Source: Planctomycetota bacterium (GTDB taxonomy: Bacteria; Planctomycetota; Phycisphaerae; UBA1845). From it: a DNA stretch of 14,734 bases. The notes beneath the pieces are model-generated. The model saw nothing but the letters and a program-made list of their open reading frames with translations, was not told the DNA's origin and searched no databases. The stretch spans positions 1 through 14,734 of the forward strand of contig JAJRSR010000160.1 in assembly GCA_024278695.1 (NCBI GenBank). Reading direction: 5' to 3'. Numbering within the stretch: position 1 is the first letter of the stretch; the number at the start of each line of letters is the position of its first letter. Positions 8,111 through 14,734 of the stretch are shown one piece after another. The position numbers and the translations under genes are program-made.

Positions 8111-8959
8111 ATGCTCGGACGAAAAGACGGCATGTTGTTCGAATGTGTCCTGGTAGACATCAACACCCAGGAGGATTACTGCGATCCACTAGGCTCGTCC
8201 CCCGTAGGCAACGCGATCGAACTGATGCCGGCATTGCGGCGGGTGATGGCATGGACCAAACGTAATTTGGTGCCGATGGTGTCATCCGTCGAATCGCACC
8301 GGGCCACAGAACTCACGGATAGCGGCACGCCCATCTGCTGCTTGGACGGCTCGACCGGTCAACGCAAAGTAGCCTTTACCCTGCTCCGCCAGCGCGCCTT
8401 CGTCGAAATCGACAACACCCTGGCCGTGCCGAAGAACTTCTTTCGACAGTACCAGCAAGTGATTTTCCGCAAACGAACGGATGATCTACTCGCCAACCCC
8501 AAGGCCGACCGCCTCCTGACCCAACTACCAGTCACAGAGTTTATCGTGGTCGGCGCGGGCCTGGAGACGTCAATCAAAGCGGCAGTCCTGGGACTTCTCG
8601 CCCGAAACAAAAAGGTCACCATCGTGTCTGACGCCTGCGGATATTGGCACAAGGGCACGGCCATACTCGCCCTGCGCCAAATGGAAATCAAGGGGGCGAC
8701 CGTCATCACTCTGGATGAGCTGCTCACCCGAAAGCTCGATCGAAAAATGCGTTCCTGCTACCACCCGCATCGAATCAAGGTGACCGACGCTGACCGAATC
8801 CGCCACGAAACCGAACAAAACCCACGAACCACAGGAGCGCGGCATCCTGGAAAGCCGCGCGACGTCGAAGTCATATCCCGCAACGGGCGTTCATCCGCCC
8901 CAAGGGCCACAAGCCCCCGACCCACCAAACCCGCCGGACAAGCCGACGGCACCAGCTAG
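8111..8959 (+). CDS. isochorismatase-fold (cysteine-hydrolase family) protein with a Ser in place of the nucleophilic Cys, plus a basic disordered C-terminal tail
   Basis: MLFECVLVDINTQEDYCDP matches the isochorismatase N-terminal strand with the catalytic Asp. QVIFRKRTDDLLANP matches the Lys region. FIVVGAGLETSIKAAVLGLLARNKKVTIVSDACG matches the G-x-x-T-x-x-C-V...V.VV.DA segment but has Ser where the Cys is expected. The last ~75 aa are R/P/T/S-rich. The start may be M1 (8111) or M8 (8132). Confidence 0.5.
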   Translation: MLGRKDGMLFECVLVDINTQEDYCDPLGSSPVGNAIELMPALRRVMAWTKRNLVPMVSSVESHRATELTDSGTPICCLDGSTGQRKVAFTLLRQRAFVEIDNTLAVPKNFFRQYQQVIFRKRTDDLLANPKADRLLTQLPVTEFIVVGAGLETSIKAAVLGLLARNKKVTIVSDACGYWHKGTAILALRQMEIKGATVITLDELLTRKLDRKMRSCYHPHRIKVTDADRIRHETEQNPRTTGARHPGKPRDVEVISRNGRSSAPRATSPRPTKPAGQADGTS

Positions 8960-9105
8960 CGATAAGACAAGCCGCCTCGTCACGATCACCCTACACCAGA
9001 TCAACCTTCGAATTGCCCAGGGCAAAAGCCTTCAACCTGCTCGACGTATATCGAAGACCGAACCGCGCCAAAATCACTCGTGACAATAATGTCCTTTCGC
9101 TCCGG

Positions 9106-9134
9106 TTGTGACCGCAGACGGTGAATGCTAGAAT
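9106..9134 (+). promoter_or_regulatory. sigma70-like promoter for the ferredoxin gene (TTGTGA-17-TAGAAT with TG extension)
   Basis: TTGTGA at 9106-9111, a 17-nt spacer, then TGcTAGAAT with the hexamer at 9129-9134. About 75 nt upstream of the ATG at 9212. Confidence 0.45.
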
Positions 9135-9211
9135 GCCGGCACGAACAGACGCTGGCGACGGCGCGGGCCGCGGGCAATGGGTAATAGAGCGTCCACCGGA
9201 AATCTCACGAA

Positions 9212-9490
9212 ATGGCTAAGAAGAAGAAACTCCCCAAGCAACTCGCCATCCTCGACGAGGACTTGTGTACCGGGTGCGAGGCCTGCGTAACGGTCTGCCC
9301 CGTGGACTGCATCGACAAATCTGCAGACCTGACGATCCCAGGTTACGCGATGGGCATCTGCTCGATCGACCTCCTCACTTGCATCGGCTGCAAGCTATGC
9401 GCCCAGGTCTGCCCCTGGGACGTCATCACGATGGTGCCCACAGACCAAGTCGTCATGGAACCCAAGCTGGCCGCCCTGCTGAGCGGCTAA
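9212..9490 (+). CDS. 2x[4Fe-4S] ferredoxin (92 aa)
   Basis: Two canonical cluster motifs, CTGCEACVTVCP and CIGCKLCAQVCP. Lys-rich N-terminus MAKKKKLPK. Confidence 0.85.
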   Translation: MAKKKKLPKQLAILDEDLCTGCEACVTVCPVDCIDKSADLTIPGYAMGICSIDLLTCIGCKLCAQVCPWDVITMVPTDQVVMEPKLAALLSG

Positions 9491-9509
9491 GGGGCCAAAG
9501 CGACTCGCT

Positions 9510-11678
9510 CTACGGACTGCACCTTCCGCACGCGTCCGCACAGGCTCCATCGACACACAAACCACCGCCGCACTCGACATCCGTAAGACACGTCGTCGCG
9601 CCGCACGTCACCAGAGATGGACACACACAAGGACCAGTGGCAAAAGACATATCGAAGTAGGTCGCGTTGAGAAACGACAGCACGGCGGCGTTGATATCCT
9701 TGAAGTCGATCGGTCGATCCGGGAACACGACGTTCGGCTGGAGCTGTACGACCGCCTTGATCGGCGCACCCGGCGTTGCCAGGAACTTCTGCACAAAGGC
9801 AGAGATATCCTGAAAGCTTGGTTCAATATCGCCGGGATTCACGAAAAACGGCGCGACGACATCGGCAAACTTGGCCGTCGTGATCGTCAGCGGCGTCGAC
9901 CAGCAAGCCTCATTGGTCGCGAGGTTCGGACAGTCGCTCGCAGCACGCTGCAACTCGTACGTCGAGCCCGGCATGATCTCGCCGCCATATGCTGAAATGA
10001 CCCCAAGGACACCCCAATCTTGCGAGTAAGGCTCACACTGAAGCCGCGCCGCAATAAACGTTAAACCCAACTGAGACGAATCTTCCTCCGGTGCCGCAAA
10101 CGGCGGCCCCACGTAAAACACATTGAGAGAAGGTACGACGAAACCATCCAACGCAAGAATCCGCACGCGTACCACCTCATCCACCACGACGGGCAATACC
10201 CCCGGAGGCGCAACGAACCGAAGGTACCGATTGGTCTTGGCGACCTCACCCGTGCTTTCCAACGGCTCCGGAACCCCAATCACCTGGCAGGCCACACTCA
10301 CTGCAAGGGCTGCGTCCACCCGAATGGGGTTGGGGAAAGTCGAACAGGGATCAGTCGTGGCAACACCAGTATCCTCCATGATTTGAAGCGTCTCGGTGGG
10401 AGACAGCGACCCGCCGGTGTTATCACACTTCTGAGACATCAGCGCCGCGACCGCCGCGCATTGCGGCGACGCCTGCGACGTTCCGGTAAACGAGCTAAGA
10501 CCGCCGCCGACACCAGGCGCGGTAATCAAACGACCCGGTGCCGCCAACGCATTACAGGCGCTGCGGTTCGAGAAACAAGTGATCTTGCCCCCAACGGTAG
10601 GATCATCAAAACAATTACCAAACGAGCTGCCGAAGTTCGAGCTGTAGGTACCGCTGTTAGGCTCCCGTCCCATGTTTTGGTCATACACGGCCGCAACCGC
10701 CGCAACTGACGATAGGCACGCAGGACTCGACATGGACGTACATGACCCTTGGTTTCCGCTGGAAGCGAACGTCACAATGCCGGCGTTTCGAGCAGCCAAC
10801 AGCGAAGCCTGAAGCAACTGCGTGAACGTGTCCGAGTTGTCGCACGGGCAGCTTGAAAAAAGCGAAAACGTCCCCAAACTCATATTGATCGCACGCAGGT
10901 TCGCCGAAGGGTTGTTCGCTTTCCAGGTCACGACGTAGTCGATACCGGCGACCCAGTCGCTTACCCAACCGCTTGATGAAGCGTCCAGCACTTTGACCGC
11001 GAGGATATCTGCGTCTGGTGCCACGCCCACAGAACTCACGACGCCGCGCGAAGTAATGATGCCGGAAACGTTGGTGCCATGGCCGTTGTCGTCCTCGGCA
11101 CCAACGCCCACAGTCGAGCCTTGATTAAGAAAATGGAACGCGCCGGCCGCGACGTCATCGGAGAGGTCCGGGTGATCGGTATCTATTCCCGTATCCAACA
11201 CGGCCACCGTCACACCGGCACCGGTCAGGCCGGAAGCATGAACAACATCAGCACCGATAAACGGCACGGCCTCGCTAAGATGCCCGCCCCCTTGGCCATC
11301 AAGACCCACGCCAACGACATCGGGATCAACCGCTAACTTGGCGAGCGCCGCAGCACCAACGCGCCCGGTCATGGCTGCGAAGTTTTTGTACACATACGCC
11401 GGCGTAAACTCGTCCGCCGTCAGCTTCGACAACACCCGATCCTGAACCTGCGACACGGCAGCCTGCACTTGCGCCGTGTTCACCGCAGCATTCGCCGCCA
11501 GCCTCAACATCACGATCACATGAACGGTACCGTCGGAACTACCCGCAAGCTGGTCATAAACCGACTGATTCACAACCTGACCGCCAGGTGTAGGGGTTTC
11601 TGCCGAAACACCTGCGGAAAGTACCAGCGTTCCACAAACACAAACGACACATCGGATGGCCTTGCTGACGTTTCTCAT
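9510..11678 (-). CDS. secreted subtilisin-like serine protease (peptidase S8) with N-terminal propeptide and ~270-aa Cys-rich C-terminal extension
   Basis: Track ORF 9510..11888. The likely start is the ATG at 11678 (MRNVSKAIRCVVCVCGTLVLSAGVSA|ETP, a signal peptide), with GGAG 7 nt upstream. Catalytic triad motifs VAVLDTGIDTDHPDL (Asp), HGTNVSGII (His), GTSQASPQCAA (Ser). Many Cys pairs. The C-terminus ends GPCVCPSLVTCGATTCLTDVECGGGLCVDGACADACGRCSP. Confidence 0.85.
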   Translation of the reverse strand: MRNVSKAIRCVVCVCGTLVLSAGVSAETPTPGGQVVNQSVYDQLAGSSDGTVHVIVMLRLAANAAVNTAQVQAAVSQVQDRVLSKLTADEFTPAYVYKNFAAMTGRVGAAALAKLAVDPDVVGVGLDGQGGGHLSEAVPFIGADVVHASGLTGAGVTVAVLDTGIDTDHPDLSDDVAAGAFHFLNQGSTVGVGAEDDNGHGTNVSGIITSRGVVSSVGVAPDADILAVKVLDASSSGWVSDWVAGIDYVVTWKANNPSANLRAINMSLGTFSLFSSCPCDNSDTFTQLLQASLLAARNAGIVTFASSGNQGSCTSMSSPACLSSVAAVAAVYDQNMGREPNSGTYSSNFGSSFGNCFDDPTVGGKITCFSNRSACNALAAPGRLITAPGVGGGLSSFTGTSQASPQCAAVAALMSQKCDNTGGSLSPTETLQIMEDTGVATTDPCSTFPNPIRVDAALAVSVACQVIGVPEPLESTGEVAKTNRYLRFVAPPGVLPVVVDEVVRVRILALDGFVVPSLNVFYVGPPFAAPEEDSSQLGLTFIAARLQCEPYSQDWGVLGVISAYGGEIMPGSTYELQRAASDCPNLATNEACWSTPLTITTAKFADVVAPFFVNPGDIEPSFQDISAFVQKFLATPGAPIKAVVQLQPNVVFPDRPIDFKDINAAVLSFLNATYFDMSFATGPCVCPSLVTCGATTCLTDVECGGGLCVDGACADACGRCSP

Positions 11679-12053
11679 TTTGATCTCCAGCACGTTCGAC
11701 ACCGCAGCGAAAATGAAAAAATGCAAGAAAAACCAATGATGCGCTTGATGAGTTTGCGCGCCCACAAGACCGAACTCGGGCCACAGGCTTGTGGTGTGAG
11801 ACGCCAGTGATACCCGTCGTGCGACACACGCCAAATCAGCACAGGTCCGACGGCACCACGCACTAGCTGCAGCACGCATGATTGACACCCCTCGAATACC
11901 CTCAGGGGGCCATTGTAACCAAACCGCACAGTTCGATTCAAGAGAAAATCAAGATTTTTCGAGACCCACTCTATCCCTGAAAATACACGCTTTGTCGCCC
12001 CCCGGCCTCCCAATTCGCTCGAAACCGGGTTCGGAAGATCAGAGGCGTATGAT

Positions 12054-13283
12054 TCACCCCGAAGCGGCGGATTGGGATTTGTTCATGACAATGACGAGGA
12101 ACCCCATGGCCGCCAGCAGCACTGCGCCGACCGCATACGGCGAGGCCGGGTGCAGTCCGTACAGTACCCCGGCGATCGGGGGGGCGACCGCGCGGGCCAT
12201 GGACCCGACCCCCTGGGAGGCACCAAACGTAGCGCCTTGGTCCCCCTCGGACGCGGATTTGGAGATGAGCGAGTTGAGATTCGGCCCGGTCAGCCCGTGC
12301 CCGACGGCCGTCGGCACGCACCCGACCAGCAGCAACACCCACGCCAATGTCGTGTCACCCGTCACCGACACGGCACCAACCAGAAGAAGCCCCACGGCCG
12401 TGATCCACGGCGCGATGGCTAACAGCTTCGCCTCACCGTGACGCTTCACGAGCCGCCCGATGAGCCCACCCTGTACAACAACCATCAAGATTCCAAAGTA
12501 CGCAAAAATCAAACCGACACCGCGCACTTGAATTCCGAACCGGTCGGTGCACAAATACACCAACGTCACTTCCAACATCACAAATGCAAACGTCACGCCG
12601 AAGACGCATGTGAAAAGTTCTTTTAGCTTTGTTGTTCTTGCGAGCTCGCGCCATCCACCCGGCGTGAATATCTTCAGAGAGCCCGATGAACGTGTCGCAT
12701 GTTTTTCGGGTTCAGGAAGATACCGCCAAACGAGAAACAATGCCGTAAGTGAAATCACTGCTGCACCAAACGCCGGCCAAGCGGTAGCCTGTTCTGCCCC
12801 GCTTACGGCACTACCAATAGCGATTAGAATCACTGCAATCGTAGGCCCAAGTACAAACCCCGCGCCAAACGCCGCGCCGAAAAACCCCATACTCTTCGCA
12901 CGGTTTTCCTCTGTGGTGACATCTGCAATGTACGCTTGCACGGTGGCGATGTTCGCCCCGGTAATGCCGTCAAGCGTACGCGCGAGGAAGAGCAACGGTA
13001 GTGAATGCGCCAAGTCTGCAAAACCGAGCAAGGCATGACTACCGACACTCCCAGCGATACTAATCAACAGGACGCGCCGACGGCCGACCCGGTCTGACCA
13101 GCGGCCGAGAATCGGGTTGAAAATGATCTGCATCAGCGCATAGATGCCGACAAGGCAGCCGAACATGAGCGGTGACGCGTCAAGCCGTTTGGCATAAGCG
13201 GCTTGCAACGGAATGATTAACCCGAAACTGATCAGATCGACAAACGCAACGAAAAGTATGACGCGCAGTGGCGATCGTGTCAT
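12054..13283 (-). CDS. MFS transporter, DHA1 drug:H+ antiporter-like (12 TMS)
   Basis: Track ORF 12054..13706. The N-terminal 140 codons are R/G/C-rich junk. The probable start is MTRSPLRVILFVAFVDLISFGLIIPL (ATG at 13283) or MRAKQ (13313). MFS motif A GRWSDRVGRRRVLL. Antiporter motif C-like FGAAFGAGFVLGPTIAV. Multiple TM helices. Confidence 0.8.
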   Translation of the reverse strand: MTRSPLRVILFVAFVDLISFGLIIPLQAAYAKRLDASPLMFGCLVGIYALMQIIFNPILGRWSDRVGRRRVLLISIAGSVGSHALLGFADLAHSLPLLFLARTLDGITGANIATVQAYIADVTTEENRAKSMGFFGAAFGAGFVLGPTIAVILIAIGSAVSGAEQATAWPAFGAAVISLTALFLVWRYLPEPEKHATRSSGSLKIFTPGGWRELARTTKLKELFTCVFGVTFAFVMLEVTLVYLCTDRFGIQVRGVGLIFAYFGILMVVVQGGLIGRLVKRHGEAKLLAIAPWITAVGLLLVGAVSVTGDTTLAWVLLLVGCVPTAVGHGLTGPNLNSLISKSASEGDQGATFGASQGVGSMARAVAPPIAGVLYGLHPASPYAVGAVLLAAMGFLVIVMNKSQSAASG

Positions 13284-13559
13284 CGGTTGGCACCTTAGCT
13301 GTTTGGCTCTCATGCGAGCCGTGCGGAAAATCGTCTTGGCCTGTGCGTCATTATTCGTGCTGCCGCCGGATGAGCAAACCGCGCCGCCCCCACAGCTTCC
13401 CGCCTTCCCGCGACCACCTTCCGAGCGACCGTCCCCGAGCAAGATCCCGGCACTAAAAATACGGCGGCACGGAAACCCACGTGAAAACCCTCGACACCCC
13501 CCAAATCGGTCTTTTTTGCGTCGGCACGAAAAAAAGGCAAAATCGGCCTTCCCAGTCGC

Positions 13560-13587
13560 TTGACAGCCCGCAAGCCACCCGTATGAT
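13560..13587 (+). promoter_or_regulatory. candidate rRNA operon P1 promoter (TTGACA-16-TATGAT) with upstream A/T-tract UP-like element
   Basis: TTGACA at 13560-13565, a 16-nt spacer, then TATGAT at 13582-13587, followed by a GC-rich discriminator (gcctcgtt). A/T tracts (cttttttgcgtcggcacgaaaaaaaggcaaaat) at 13510-13545. About 290 nt upstream of the mature 16S 5' end, a typical leader length. Confidence 0.5.
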
Positions 13588-13616
13588 GCCTCGTTCCGAC
13601 TGGGAGACCGGTTGGT

Positions 13617-13629
13617 TGCTCTTTGACAA
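13617..13629 (+). promoter_or_regulatory. boxA-like antitermination element in the rRNA leader
   Basis: TGCTCTTTGACAA matches the rrn boxA consensus TGCTCTTTAACAA at 12 of 13 positions. It lies about 25-30 nt downstream of the predicted P1 start site. Confidence 0.5.
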
Positions 13630-13777
13630 GTGAACAGAGTTTGTCGTCGTGAGAATGTGAGGTCGTGTTTCGTGCGCTCAACGGGCGTGAACACGGTCTT
13701 TACCAATCAGTCCACGTTGCTAATCAGCCAGGTTGGCGCGTGGGCAAGGTGTTGTAATCGGCCCTTTAGGGTCGATC

Positions 13778-13817
13778 GCTATCATTCTCATGAGCGTGAA
13801 ATGATAGCCCTTTTTTT
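13778..13817 (+). terminator. terminator-like hairpin + U7 tract inside the 16S leader (possible antitermination-controlled pause/terminator or processing element)
   Basis: 9-bp stem GCTATCATT (13778-13786) / AATGATAGC (13800-13808), with a 13-nt loop containing the palindrome CTCATGAG, then CC and TTTTTTT (13811-17). It ends about 60 nt before the 16S 5' end. Confidence 0.35.
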
Positions 13818-13875
13818 GTCAGTCAATTTCCTTTTGCCTGTGCTTCGGTATAGGTAAAATATAGGATACAGACTT

Positions 13876-14734
<859 letters not shown>

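Noticed and set aside
7386-8166. minus-strand ORFs 7386..7778, 7782..8105, 7948..8166 in the long spacer
   Set aside because: Odd composition (R/S/W-rich), no signal or domain hints, and they overlap each other. More likely a non-coding region, though an ncRNA is possible.
9265-9660. 131-aa plus ORF overlapping the ferredoxin and protease 3' ends
   Set aside because: Out of frame with the ferredoxin, whose two CxxCxxCxxxCP motifs are unmistakable. Pro/Arg/His-rich.
11679-11888. 70-codon N-terminal extension of the protease ORF
   Set aside because: A signal peptide with GGAG RBS begins at the internal ATG 11678. The extension is W/H/F-rich non-coding-like sequence.
11925-11945. tRNA-like T-loop motif GTTCGATTC
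   Set aside because: No matching acceptor, D or anticodon stems can be drawn around it.
12072-13038. plus-strand ORFs 12072..12422, 12547..13038 and others antisense to the MFS gene
   Set aside because: Shadow ORFs of a clearly 12-TMS transporter gene.
13623-13656. second TTGACA as an rRNA P2 promoter
   Set aside because: No acceptable -10 at 16-18 nt spacing. The hexamer is instead part of the boxA-like element.
13284-13706. 140-codon N-terminal extension of the MFS ORF
   Set aside because: R/G/C-rich low-complexity translation. The first TM helix and motif A begin right after the Met at 13283.

Overview
High-GC bacterial chromosomal segment with very few Shine-Dalgarno sequences; the 16S signature positions suggest Planctomycetota or a related phylum, at low confidence. 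Genes lie mostly on the minus strand. From the left edge: two tandem paralogous SPFH/band-7 membrane proteins, the first truncated by the window, whose stop and start overlap in an ATGA; a small membrane-anchored zinc-ribbon protein directly upstream of them; a secreted lipoprotein; a minus-strand run of PD40/TolB-like beta-propeller, lipoprotein, small acidic protein and XerC/XerD-type tyrosine recombinase that ends in a clear intrinsic terminator. After a 630-bp non-coding, lower-GC spacer carrying a 10-bp inverted repeat, the plus strand has an isochorismatase-fold protein whose nucleophilic Cys appears replaced by Ser, then a 2x[4Fe-4S] ferredoxin with a sigma70-like promoter. Convergent on it is a large secreted subtilisin-like (S8) protease with a Cys-rich C-terminal tail. 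A DHA1-type MFS transporter follows, diverging from an rRNA operon: a TTGACA-16-TATGAT promoter, a near-consensus boxA, a terminator-like leader hairpin, and the 5' ~860 nt of a 16S rRNA gene running off the right edge. I see no obvious complete mobile element, CRISPR array or recognisable defence system. The most unusual points are the SPFH pair with its zinc-ribbon partner, the recombinase-terminated lipoprotein/propeller cluster, the long repeat-bearing spacer, a strongly SD-equipped 27-codon ORF in an otherwise SD-poor genome, and the rRNA leader layout.
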